Assembly: GCA_965261595.1 (NCBI GenBank)
Contig: CBDHDG010000007.1
Span: 416,001-480,000, forward strand
DNA: 64,000 nt
Reading direction: 5' to 3'
DNA from: a bacterium
Lineage (GTDB): Bacteria > UBA8248 > JACPRG01 > G963555815
Position numbers and translations under genes: made by a program. Below the pieces are notes generated by a model that searched no databases, had not been told where the DNA came from, and saw only the letters and a program-made list of their open reading frames with translations. Positions 36,726-46,754 of this stretch are shown here, piece after piece. The number at the start of each line of letters is the position of its first letter. Position 1 is the stretch's first letter.

Positions 36726-36734
36726 GCGGTCTCC

Positions 36735-36821
36735 TTACCGGACGTATTGCCGGCGGTGATCAATCACCCGCCGGGCTTTGAGCGTTGTGCGCTCCAGCGG
36801 CCCGGGCGGAAGGAAAATCCA
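36735..36821 (-). pseudogene. Possible C-terminal scar of a phenylacetate-CoA-ligase-like gene
   Basis: PGPLERTTLKARRVIDHR* resembles the PaaK-type C-terminus. Confidence 0.5.
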
Positions 36822-36823
36822 CG

Positions 36824-37240
36824 TCAACCCGTGGGTTTCCGGGCGGCCTTCTCGGCCATTTTTTCGTTGACCTTGGCGGCGTCGACGATGAAGCGCTCGT
36901 GAACGCCCTCGCCGACCTTGTCCAGCTCGTCGCTCACTTCGATCCGGAAGACCAGCCGCCGCCGGTCGATCTCCACCAGCTCGGCCCGCGCCGTGGCGGT
37001 GAAGCCGACGGGGGTGGCGGCCAGGTGGGTGATCTCGACCTTGGTTCCCACGGTGATCCGGCCTTCCGGCAAGTGGGGGTCCACGGCGTCGCTGGCGGCC
37101 TTTTCCACGAGGTGGACCATGTCCGGCGTGGCGAAGACGGCGATCCCCTCGAGTCCCCACCGGCGCGTGCTGGTCTCCTCCGTGACGGGCCATTCGGCTT
37201 CGGCGGCGAGGCCGACTTTCAAATCCGGATAATCGCTCAA
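36824..37240 (-). CDS. FlK-like hot-dog thioesterase
   Basis: VFATPDMVHLVE, TVGT..ITHLAATPVG, GEGVHERF; probable TTG start. Confidence 0.9.
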   Translation of the reverse strand: MSDYPDLKVGLAAEAEWPVTEETSTRRWGLEGIAVFATPDMVHLVEKAASDAVDPHLPEGRITVGTKVEITHLAATPVGFTATARAELVEIDRRRLVFRIEVSDELDKVGEGVHERFIVDAAKVNEKMAEKAARKPTG

Positions 37241-37479
37241 CTCACATGCTCCCTGAATGCAAAGTCCTTCGTATACAGGATGCAAAGACCATATCATATT
37301 GTCCGCGCGCGGGCGGGGGGAATGGTAAGGTGGACAGCAAGCATGTAGAAGGGTCGTCGGAAGGTTGACCGGGGGGGGCCGGTGATTGCGATTCCCCCGC
37401 CGCTTTTTCCGGCGCAATCGGCATCAATTGCTGTGAAGACGGTCGATATCCGGCCGGTCAAAATAAAAGGAAGCGGAAA

Positions 37480-38148
37480 ATGACGATCGGGCTCGACCCG
37501 GGGCGGACGGCGGTTCTCGTGATCGATATGCAGAACGGCTTTTGCCATCCCGAAGGCGGTTTGGCGAAGGCGGGCCAGGACAACGCGCCCCAGGTGGCCG
37601 TAATCCCGGCGGTGAAGGGGCTTATCCGTCTCGCCCGGGGCGCGGGAATCCGGGTGGCCTGGTCGAAGCAGGTCCACTTTCCGGAAAACCGCGCCCGCGA
37701 AGGCCGCGCGGCGGCCTCCCACCTCAAGAAGAAGCCCAAGGGAGGGAGCCCCATCTGCGCCAGGGGATCGCGGGACGTCGAGTTCGTGGATGACCTGGCG
37801 GCTGAAGTGGCGCCGGACGACGAGGTCATCGTGAAGCACAAGATGTCGTGCTTCTACAACACCCGGCTGGACGAAGTCCTCCGGATGTGGGGCGTGACCG
37901 GTCTGATTTTGTGCGGGGTGTCCACTTACGTCTGCGTGGAATCCACGGTCCGGGACGCCTACTTCCGCGACTACGATATCGTCGTCGTCGAAGACTGCGT
38001 GGCGGGCTCCATCGAGCGCCTTCACCTCGATACGTTGGAAAAGATCCGGATGTACTTTGGAGAGGTCGTGACGCTGAAAGCGCTGGACGGTGTGTTGACG
38101 GCGGGTTCCGCCGCGCACGCCGCCCTCCCCCTCCGAGGATCGGAGTGA
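37480..38148 (+). CDS. Isochorismatase-family cysteine hydrolase (RutB-like)
   Basis: VIDMQNGF, K..MSCFYNT, STYVCVESTVRDA. Confidence 0.92.
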   Translation: MTIGLDPGRTAVLVIDMQNGFCHPEGGLAKAGQDNAPQVAVIPAVKGLIRLARGAGIRVAWSKQVHFPENRAREGRAAASHLKKKPKGGSPICARGSRDVEFVDDLAAEVAPDDEVIVKHKMSCFYNTRLDEVLRMWGVTGLILCGVSTYVCVESTVRDAYFRDYDIVVVEDCVAGSIERLHLDTLEKIRMYFGEVVTLKALDGVLTAGSAAHAALPLRGSE

Positions 38149-38170
38149 CCCAGAGAGGAGGCTTCCCTTC

Positions 38171-41014
38171 ATGTGTCCCCCCCCCCTTGCATCGGTGAAC
38201 CTTCGGATCAACGGAGAAGATCGGTCCGCGCGGGTCGATTCCGGTTTGCCCCTCGTCCGGTATCTCCGGGACGAGCTGCGCCTGACCGGGACCAAGGTGG
38301 GGTGCACGCCGGGGGACGGGGATTGCGGCGCGTGCATGGTCCTCGTCGACGGGAAGCCCGAGCTCGCCTGCCTGGTCGGGATGGGCGGCCTGGAGGGCCG
38401 GTCCGTCGAGACGATCGAGGGGGAGTCGCCCGGCGCGCCTCTGGATGGGGTCCAGGAGGCGTTTGTCAGGAGCGGGGCGATCCAGTGCGGTTTCTGCATC
38501 CCCGCCTACGTCCTCGCCGCGCGGGCGCTGCTGAAAGACAATCCGGATCCCTCGGTCGATGAGGTCAAGGAGGGCCTGGACGGCATCCTCTGCCGATGCA
38601 CGGGATACAGGAAGGTGATCGAAGCGGTTCAGGCCGCGGCCCATTTCAACGCCGCGGGGAGCTGGCCCGGCGGGTTCGGGAAGTCCGCTCTCGCGGAGTC
38701 CGAACACGCGGTCCGCAAATCCGTCATCAAGGTGGACGCCGCCGACAAGGTGACCGGCCGGGCCGTCTTCGCCGACGATGTGTACATGGAGAACATGCTC
38801 CACGGCAAGCTCCTGTACAGCGAGCGGCCCTCGGCCCGGTTCACCCTGGACATCGCCGAGGCGGAGAAGTCGCCCGGCGTCGCCGCCGTCCTCACGGTGA
38901 AGGACATCCCCGGCGGCACGAACCTGATGGGCGTGCGCGTCAAGGACAAGCCGGTCTTCGCGGAGGAAAAGGTCCGAAGCGTCGCCGACGTCCTGGCCGC
39001 CGTCTACGCCGAGACCCCGGAGCAGGCGGAAGAAGCGGTCCGGAAGATTCGGGTGGAGTATGAGGACCTGCCCGGGATCTTCAGTCCCGAGGACGCGGCG
39101 GCCCCGGACGCCCCGCTGATCCACGAGGACCACCCGACGGGGAACGTCCTCCACGAAGTGACGCTCGATCGGGGAGACGTGGACACGGCCTTCGCCGAGG
39201 CCCATTTGGTCGTCGAGGGCGAGTACTCGTGCTCCCGGATCGATCACGGCTTTCTGGAGCCGGAAGCGGGCGTGGCCTACATGGACGAGCGCGGCGTCCT
39301 GACGCTGCTGATAGCCTCCCAGTGCCTCTTCATGGACCGGGACGACCTCTGCGGGGCCATTGGGCTGCCCAAGGAGAAGATGCGGGAGATCGTCGTCGCG
39401 ATCGGCGGGGCCTTCGGCGGGAAGGAAGACCTCTCGCTTCATCCCTATCTGGCCCTGGGCGCGCTGCGAACCGGGCGGCCCGTGAAGATCACGGCCACGC
39501 GCGCCGAGTCCCTCCTGATCCACCACCGGAAGCACCCGATGCGCTTGCGCTTCCAGACGGCCGTGGACAAAGAGGGCCGGCTCACCGCCGTCCGGACCGA
39601 TATCCTGGCCGACGGCGGGCCTTACGCCTACACCGGTCCCTGGGTCATCGGCAACGCCACGATGTTCTCGGCCGGCCCCTACGCCGTGCCGAACCTTCAC
39701 CTCCACGGTCGGCGGATGTACACCAACAACATCCCCTGCGGGTCCTTCCGGGGGTTCGGGATCAACCAGGTGAGCTTCGCGATGGAGAACCAGATGGACA
39801 TCATCGCCCGGCGTCTGGGAATGGACCCCTTCGAGCTGCGGCTGAAAAACGTCCTGGAACGGGGGGCGACGATGCCCACCGGCGTGGACCTGAACTGCAC
39901 GGTTGGGATCCGGGAGTGCCTGGAGCGGCTGCGGGACGCGGTCCAAGCCGAGGCGCCGTTCCCCCCGCGAAACGGGGGGAAGGTCGGCGTCGGCGTCGCG
40001 GCGGCCTACAAGAACATCGGCGTCGGCCAGGGGCGGCCGGACCGGTCGGGGGCCATCGTGGAGTTGCTCGAGGACGGGACGGTCCGGGTGCGGACCGGCG
40101 CCGCCGATATCGGCGGCGGGCAGAGCACGGTTATCGCCCAAATCGCCGCCGAGACGCTTGGCATCCCCTACGAGGCGGTGACGCTGATGACGCCTGACAC
40201 CGAGCTCACGCTGGATTGCGGCCGGACCGCAGGCTCCCGGCAGACGTACACGACGGGCAACGCTGTCTTCGGCGCTTCCCGTGAGTTCCGTGACAGGCTG
40301 TTCGACTTTGTGAGCGGCCGGTGGGAGATTGCGCGGGAGGACATCGTCTGGAAGGATGGAAAGGCCTTCCAGTCGCAGGGCGGGAGGGCGATCGCCGCGA
40401 ACGAGGAGGTCGTCGCCCGCGCGAAGACGGAAGGCGAGGACCTGACGACGGAATTCCAGTACCTCTGCCCGGAGACCTTCCCCCCGGTGCTGGACCCGGA
40501 GGCCGAGCTGGGGATCGCGAAGAAGGATTACCGCAACTATCACAGTTTCACGTTCGTCGCGTCCGTGGCGGTCGTCGAGGTGCACGAGAAGACCGGCGAG
40601 GTGGACGTGTTGAAGGTGTTCTCGGCGACCGATTGCGGCACGGCCATCTATCCCCTGGGGGTCGAAGGCCAAGTGGAGGGGAGCGTGCTCCAGGCCCTGG
40701 GTTACGCCTTGTCCGAGGAGTACGTGGTCGAGGACGGCATCCCGAAGACGTGGACCCTGACGGACCTCGGCATCCCGGGGATCAAGAAGGCGCCGGAGAT
40801 TGTCCCGTTCATTATCGAGGACCCGGAGCCCGGGGGACCCTACGGGGCGAAAGGCATCGCCGAGGCATCCCTCCTGCCGGGCGCGCCGGCGATCATCAAC
40901 GCTGTCTACGACGCCGTCGGCGTCCGCTGCACCGACCTCCCCCTCAAGCCGGAGAAGCTTCGCGAGCTTTTGAAGGGGAAAGCGGAGGAGGCCGCGCGGG
41001 TCGGGTCCGTTTGA
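38171..41014 (+). CDS. Molybdenum hydroxylase with fused 2x[2Fe-2S] domain (XDH/aldehyde oxidoreductase family)
   Basis: GC..GDCGAC, QCGFC, CRCTGY, GGAFGGKE, FRGFG, AGSR, GAKGIAE. Confidence 0.93.
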   Translation: MCPPPLASVNLRINGEDRSARVDSGLPLVRYLRDELRLTGTKVGCTPGDGDCGACMVLVDGKPELACLVGMGGLEGRSVETIEGESPGAPLDGVQEAFVRSGAIQCGFCIPAYVLAARALLKDNPDPSVDEVKEGLDGILCRCTGYRKVIEAVQAAAHFNAAGSWPGGFGKSALAESEHAVRKSVIKVDAADKVTGRAVFADDVYMENMLHGKLLYSERPSARFTLDIAEAEKSPGVAAVLTVKDIPGGTNLMGVRVKDKPVFAEEKVRSVADVLAAVYAETPEQAEEAVRKIRVEYEDLPGIFSPEDAAAPDAPLIHEDHPTGNVLHEVTLDRGDVDTAFAEAHLVVEGEYSCSRIDHGFLEPEAGVAYMDERGVLTLLIASQCLFMDRDDLCGAIGLPKEKMREIVVAIGGAFGGKEDLSLHPYLALGALRTGRPVKITATRAESLLIHHRKHPMRLRFQTAVDKEGRLTAVRTDILADGGPYAYTGPWVIGNATMFSAGPYAVPNLHLHGRRMYTNNIPCGSFRGFGINQVSFAMENQMDIIARRLGMDPFELRLKNVLERGATMPTGVDLNCTVGIRECLERLRDAVQAEAPFPPRNGGKVGVGVAAAYKNIGVGQGRPDRSGAIVELLEDGTVRVRTGAADIGGGQSTVIAQIAAETLGIPYEAVTLMTPDTELTLDCGRTAGSRQTYTTGNAVFGASREFRDRLFDFVSGRWEIAREDIVWKDGKAFQSQGGRAIAANEEVVARAKTEGEDLTTEFQYLCPETFPPVLDPEAELGIAKKDYRNYHSFTFVASVAVVEVHEKTGEVDVLKVFSATDCGTAIYPLGVEGQVEGSVLQALGYALSEEYVVEDGIPKTWTLTDLGIPGIKKAPEIVPFIIEDPEPGGPYGAKGIAEASLLPGAPAIINAVYDAVGVRCTDLPLKPEKLRELLKGKAEEAARVGSV

Positions 41015-41089
41015 GGGGACGGGGGGGAGGCGTCGACCATGCCTTTCCCCGGAAGCGTCCATTCACAATCAGTGACGGGAGACGGCAAG

Positions 41090-41563
41090 ATGAGCGATCA
41101 CGAGAAATTCATGGCCATGGCCATCGAAGAGGCGCGGCTCGGTCTTCAGTCGGGGGAGGACCCTTTTGGCGCGGTGATTGTTCGCGAGGGTGAAGTGATC
41201 AGCACCGGGCGAAGCATCAAAATCTACACGGGCGATGTGACGGACCACGCCGAAGTCGGCGCCATCGGAAAGGCCACCCGGGCTTTGAGAAATCTCAATC
41301 TAGCGGGGTGCACGCTGTATTCGTCCTGTGAGCCCTGTCCGATGTGTTGCGGGGCCATCATCAACACGAACATGGCCACCCTGGTCATCGGCGTGCGTCT
41401 CGGCGACCTGAAAGAGCTGTTCGGCGAACCCGTGGACCTTCACGAATACACGGCCGAGCGTCTCGTGGAGCTCACCGGAGCGAGCACCCGGGTCATCGAC
41501 GGGGTCCTCGAACAGGAGGCCAAAGACCTGTTCAAGGGGGTGAACCTTCGATACCGGAAGTAA
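41090..41563 (+). CDS. Zn-dependent nucleobase/nucleoside deaminase
   Basis: PFGAVI, HAE, EPCPMC. Confidence 0.92.
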   Translation: MSDHEKFMAMAIEEARLGLQSGEDPFGAVIVREGEVISTGRSIKIYTGDVTDHAEVGAIGKATRALRNLNLAGCTLYSSCEPCPMCCGAIINTNMATLVIGVRLGDLKELFGEPVDLHEYTAERLVELTGASTRVIDGVLEQEAKDLFKGVNLRYRK

Positions 41564-41626
41564 AGCGGAACGGCCCTGGTCCGGGTTCAGGAGAGGAGCG
41601 GCCTTTGAATTGTTCGCTAACACATC

Positions 41627-41727
41627 GGGGCGGGCACGGACAGCCCCCCGGCTGAAGCCCCGCCCCTACACCGGTTTTGGTGGTAGGGGCTTTGAAATGT
41701 AGGGGCGGGGCTCCGTGCCCGCCCCCC
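41627..41727. repeat. GTAG-family REP-like inverted pair
   Basis: GGGCGGGCACGGA...AGCCCCGCCCCTAC and GTAGGGGCGGGGCTCCGTGCCCGCCC. Confidence 0.65.
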
Positions 41728-42007
41728 TCAAGGACAGGGTGTTCCACTCGCTTCTCTCGGCCAATCGGTTAATTTTCAAAGAGTTTCTCGCATGAAAACC
41801 GCTTGCCCGTTCTTTCTTGTGAGAAATTCAGGCTAGGTGGCCGACACCTTGACACATTCAAACGCCCGCGCGATTTATTCTTCATTATGAAAAAGAAAGA
41901 AGCGTCCGCTTTTTCCAATTCATCACACTTCGTCAAAACCCTTCACAGGGAAGACCCGGATTATTCCACCCCCCCCCCTGAAGATCCCGGCTAAAGCCCG
42001 GAAACGG

Positions 42008-43804
42008 ATGTTGGCTCATCTGCGCCTGCTCTACGGGGAGGAGGTTGCGGCCGGCTTCCTGCCTGATCTCGAACGAATTCTCAAGGTTTATTACGCCCAT
42101 AAGCCGCGGGAATTGATTGACGCGGAAAAGGAGATTGATCCCAAAGGGCGTTTTACCGAGAAAGACATGGTCCTGATAACCTATGGGGATCTTTTTCGAG
42201 GTGGAGAGCGCTCTCCCTTGGCCACATTGGCGAATCTATGCGACACATACTTGCGCGCGATCAACACCCTGCACATCCTGCCGTTTTATCCCTACTCTTC
42301 GGATAGGGGGTTCTCCGTCATAGACTTCCGGGCGGTCGATCCCAGGCTTGGAAGCTGGCGGGACATCAACGTCCTCGAAGAGCGTTACCAGCTCATGTTT
42401 GACGGGGTGATCAACCACGTATCCTCCCGGAGCGACTGGTTCAGGGAATTCCTAAACGGCAACCCCGAATACGAGGACTTTTTCATCGCGTTTTCTTCTC
42501 CGGATGAACTGACCATCGAGGATCGGGGGAAAATCTTTCGTCCGAGGACCTCCGACATTCTGACCCGATTTCAGACGATAAACGGTCCCCGGTACGTGTG
42601 GACCACCTTTTCGGCCGATCAGATAGACTTGAATTATAAGAACCCGAAAGTCTTGCTGAGCGTCATCGATCTTCTTCTGTTCTACATCCGTCATGGGACC
42701 GACATGATTCGCCTGGACGCGGTGTCCTATCTCTGGGCCGAGCCGGAGACGACCTGCGTACACCTGAACCAGACCCATGAAATCGTAAAGCTCTTTCGCA
42801 CCGTATTGGATGTCGCGGCGCCGCACGTTGCCTTGGTCACGGAGGTGAATCTTCCGCATGAGCAGAATGTTTCGTATTTCGGCAACGGTTTCGATGAAGC
42901 GCAAATGGTATACAATTTCGCCCTGCCCCCGCTCGTGCTCTATAGCTTCTACAAACAGGACGCCACCGTCCTGACGCGGTGGGCGAATAGCTTGGAAACC
43001 AAGTCCGATACAACGGCCTTCTTCAATATTCTGGACACCCATGACGGGATTGGTTTGATGGGGGTCAAGAACATTCTTTCTGAAGAAGAAATCGATTTTA
43101 TCATCGGACGGGCGCGGGAAAACGGCGCGTTCATCTCGTATCGGGCGGAGGAGAACGGCGGGCGGGCGCCTTATGAAATCAATACAACCTGGTGGAGCGC
43201 CCTCGACGGCGACGACGGTGATGAAAACATGGCGTTCAAGGTGGCCCGCTTTATGGCCTCAAGGTGCGTTCCGCTTGTTCTCAAGGGGGTGCCCGGAATT
43301 TACGCCCACGGGGCGCTGGGAACGGGCAACAATCCGGACATTGTCGAGACGAGCGAAGCGAAACGGGAAATCAACCGGCAGAGCGTCGATAGCCGGGCCA
43401 TCGTAAAGGCCCTGGAAGACCCGGACTCCAAGCTGTCTCGAATCGGGCCGATACTGAGAAAGATGAATGTGACCCGAACGGCCCAACGCGTATTCCATCC
43501 CAATGGGAGGCAGGTCCTTTTGACGGTCTCGCCCGGCGTGTTTTCCGTCCTGAGGATATCCCCAGAAGGGGACCGGCATATTCTGGCCCTGATCAACGTG
43601 TCCGATCGGGTGACGGACATGAAAATCGGTTTTTCAGATCTCGGGATTGAGGAATCCCTTTGGGTCGATCTTTTGAGCGGAAAGGAATGGTCGGCGCAAG
43701 GCCGGGAGCTTCCCATCACCTTGCGGCCTTATGAAGTCATCTGGCTGAAGCCATATCATCAGATGGATGAAGGCGGGCTTCCATCCGATCCCGCCCTGGA
43801 TTGA
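42008..43804 (+). CDS. GH13_18 sugar phosphorylase, glucosylglycerate-phosphorylase-like; likely true start 41887 across a C10 frameshift
   Basis: ITYGD, HILPFYPYSSDRGFSV, IRLDAV, TEVN, HDGIG, YEIN. Confidence 0.88.
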   Translation: MLAHLRLLYGEEVAAGFLPDLERILKVYYAHKPRELIDAEKEIDPKGRFTEKDMVLITYGDLFRGGERSPLATLANLCDTYLRAINTLHILPFYPYSSDRGFSVIDFRAVDPRLGSWRDINVLEERYQLMFDGVINHVSSRSDWFREFLNGNPEYEDFFIAFSSPDELTIEDRGKIFRPRTSDILTRFQTINGPRYVWTTFSADQIDLNYKNPKVLLSVIDLLLFYIRHGTDMIRLDAVSYLWAEPETTCVHLNQTHEIVKLFRTVLDVAAPHVALVTEVNLPHEQNVSYFGNGFDEAQMVYNFALPPLVLYSFYKQDATVLTRWANSLETKSDTTAFFNILDTHDGIGLMGVKNILSEEEIDFIIGRARENGAFISYRAEENGGRAPYEINTTWWSALDGDDGDENMAFKVARFMASRCVPLVLKGVPGIYAHGALGTGNNPDIVETSEAKREINRQSVDSRAIVKALEDPDSKLSRIGPILRKMNVTRTAQRVFHPNGRQVLLTVSPGVFSVLRISPEGDRHILALINVSDRVTDMKIGFSDLGIEESLWVDLLSGKEWSAQGRELPITLRPYEVIWLKPYHQMDEGGLPSDPALD

Positions 43805-43819
43805 GTTCCACGCACCGTG

Positions 43820-43975
43820 TCGCCGCCGAAAGATCTCCTGCCCGCGATTGCCCCGCTGAGTGACGCGATGGGGTAAGCCTGACGCCACGACGCGTGCGAT
43901 TCTTGGCATGCACCGACACGATGGCCGCGCAAGCCGAAAGTCAAGAATTAAGTATGGTGTCCCCTTAATTCCCAA
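43820..43975 (-). pseudogene. REP-associated tyrosine transposase (RAYT) 5' remnant
   Basis: MPRIARVVASGLPHRVTQRGNRGQEIF; upstream GGGGACACCATACTTAATT. Confidence 0.75.
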
Positions 43976-44035
43976 GCAGGCGGTGGTCGGTGCGGGTCTG
44001 TCCGGAGTTAAAATGGGAAATTCCGGTTAAATATA

Positions 44036-44613
44036 GGTAATGTCACGAGTTTTGTGTAGAAGTGCAGAGAGGGTTTGTCTCCCACTAGGTGTTAATGCGG
44101 TGGAACACGCTGTAGGCGACGCGTTCCAGGGACTCGTTGTTGTTCATGACGGTCATGGGTCTGGTTCTTCGTCTCACCTCCCGAAAGACCCGCTCAATGG
44201 GGTTTATCGTGCGCAGGGTGACCCGAAGGGCGGGGGCTCTTGGAAGTGGGCCAACAACGTCTCGAGGTCGCTCTCGATGCACGCCACCGCCTTGGGCTCC
44301 CGCCCTCGCCACTGCTTGGCCCATCGCCAAAAGGCGGCGATGGCCGCCCGGCGGCTGTGGGCCTCGTAGATCCTTTGTGCGCCCGAGACCACCGCCTCCT
44401 GGTTGCGCTTTCGGACCTTCTTCACGACGTTTTGCATCTTGATTCATCCGTAAAGCCGTTCTTTCCAGCCGTGAGATCCTATTATACTATTGATATTATT
44501 GAGAATATACATAATTTCCAATCTCATTCGAAATCTGCCTTCTGCAGTCCGTAATCAAAATGAAAGCGGATTCGTTAAAACTCCTGCGCATCTCGGCGAG
44601 TCCCTGTCGGTAA
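44036..44613 (-). repeat. 578-bp repeat copy B (inverted relative to copy A)
   Basis: Reverse complement of 26284..26861. Confidence 0.93.
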
Positions 44614-44644
44614 CCGTTCGGACGGGCCGTGATGGGGGGGTAAT

Positions 44645-44962
44645 TTAGCTGTTGAGGGTTCGTTTCCAATTTTTTTTGAGGGGGCGGAGCCAGATATCCT
44701 TTTTCGGTTGGGCGCGTCTCGTGTACCTGTCGTAGCGTCCGCGTCCCTGGGTGGTTCCGACGTGGGTCCATCCCGATGCCCTGTAGACGGCGCCGGTGTA
44801 ACGGGGGGTCTCGACGAAGGTTTCGATGAGCACGGGGGTGGTGTTGTAGCGCTCGGCCCAGTCCTGGGGCAGGCGACGGCGGACGATGGCGAGGATGTGC
44901 GAACCGAGGTTGGGGATCTTGATCCAGGGCAGGATGAGGAACCTCGGGTTGTCGACCACGAG
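44645..44962 (-). pseudogene. DUF4338-domain protein C-terminal fragment (IS-associated)
   Basis: N.RFLILPW...NLGSHIL...DW..RY..PVLIETFVE...G..YRASGW..VG.T.GRGR. Confidence 0.85.
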
Positions 44963-45349
44963 TGGAGTTACCCCGTTTCAGTGGACAGTTTAGGGCTGTC
45001 GTCCCCAGCCCTGAGGTGGGCAACAGCCGGTGGACGTACAGTCTTCTCCCTATCCGATAGATAGGGTGCCCCCGGGGGGTATGTCTTGACCTTTGGCTCG
45101 CTGCTCCGGGAAGCACCGGGGACGGCTCGATCCGGACGATGAGCGTTGCGCACTGCACGTGGCGTTTCCTTCGCCGCGGACCGCTCGTAGTCGTTGGGGC
45201 TGAGGTAACCCAGGGCTGAATGACGACGGCGTGGGTTGTACCAGCCTTCGATGAATTGGAAGATCGCCAGGCGCGCTTCGGCCTGGGTACGGAACGAGCG
45301 CAGGTCGATGAGCTCGCACTCCAGCGTGGCAAAGAAGCTCTCGGCCATG

Positions 45350-46754
45350 GTCCCCCGCTCTAGGGTTTTGTTGGACACTCGATTGATCCATGATTCATGG
45401 AGAAAGGGGTGTCGCGATGAACGAACAAAAGCAAGAGGGGGCTTTGGCGGAGGGCGCCCGCAGGGCGAACGGAGCCAAGGCCCCAGGGCATCGCAGTGAG
45501 CGGGGTCGGTTCTCCTGCCAGCGCAAGCGGGAGGCGGTCCTGCGTCTTTTGCGGGGCGAGAGCCTGGAGACGCTCTGCCGCGAGTTGGGCACGACAGCGG
45601 CTCGGCTTTCCGCCTGGCGCGAGGCGTTCCTTCGCGGGGGCGAGGCGGCACTCAAAGCCCGCCCGGCGGATGAGCGGGACGAGGAGAACGCCCGGCTCAA
45701 GGCCAAGGTGGGCGAACTCACGATGGAGGGCGAGGTCCTGCGGGAGAAGATCGACCGCCTGGAGGCCGGCCGCCCTTTAGCCGGCAGGAGGTGGAGGCGA
45801 TGAGTCAGGCCCGCTTCACCTCCACGGGCAGAGCCTACGGCCTGAAGCGGGTGTGCGCCCTTTGGGGCTTGGCGCGCTCCACGGTCTACGCGCAACGGCG
45901 GCGAGAGGCGGTCCCCGTTCATGAACGCCCCACGCCCAATAAGCGCGGCCCTGTGGGCCCGTGCACCGATGCGGAACTCCTCGGCCACATCCGGCAGGTC
46001 CTGGAGGACTCTCCCTTCCATGGCGAGGGCTACCGCAAGGTGTGGGCGAGGCTGCGCTTCGCGGGCATCCGCACCAGCAAGGAGCGGGTGCGTCGCCTGA
46101 TGCGGGAGGCGGGGCTTCAGGCCCCCCACCGGGTGGGCAAACCCCGAGGTCCCAAGGCCCACAACGGGACCATCCGCACCGAGCGGCCCGACCGAATGTG
46201 GGGCACGCACATGACGACGACGGTGACCACCGAGGAGGGGATGGCCTCGGTGTTCGTGGCGGTGGATCACTGCTCGGTGGACTGCGTGGGGATCCATGCG
46301 GCCAAGAGCGGCAACCGCTTCGAGGCCCTGGAGCCGATCCGGCAGGGGGTCGCCGAGCGCTTCGCCGGCTTGGAGGCGGACGTCGCCGAGGGGCTTAAAG
46401 TTCGTCACGACCACGGCCCCGCCTATCTGTCCGATGACTTTCAGCGGGAGATCGCCTACCTGGGCATGACCAGTTCGCCCAGCTTCGTGCGGGCGCCCGA
46501 GGGAAATGGCTACTGTGAGTGGTTCATCCGCATCTTGAAGGAGAATCTCCTGTGGGTGCGCTCTTTCGCCACCGTAGAGGAACTGCGGTGGGCGCTGCTT
46601 GAGTTCAAGAACCTGTACAACCATCATTGGATTCTCGAGGGCTACGGCTACCGAACGCCGGCCCAGGCAAGGCAGGAAAAACTCGCTCAAGTTGCGGAGG
46701 CCGCATGAGGTCGAATACCCTCACCCGAGTGTCCAATAACCCAGGGGCGGTCCA
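45350..46754 (+). mobile_element. IS-A copy 4 (first catalytic Asp changed to His: WGTHMT)
   Basis: Near-identical to other copies; no TSD. Confidence 0.94.

Noticed and set aside
37826..41062. 1078-aa minus-strand ORF and similar shadows (2640..4037, 32631..34067, 60170..62026, 431-aa IS-A antisense ORFs)
   Set aside because: Opposite well-supported genes; expected from codon bias
44645..44962. Druantia defence system (DruA)
   Set aside because: DUF4338 fragment in IS context; no other dru genes
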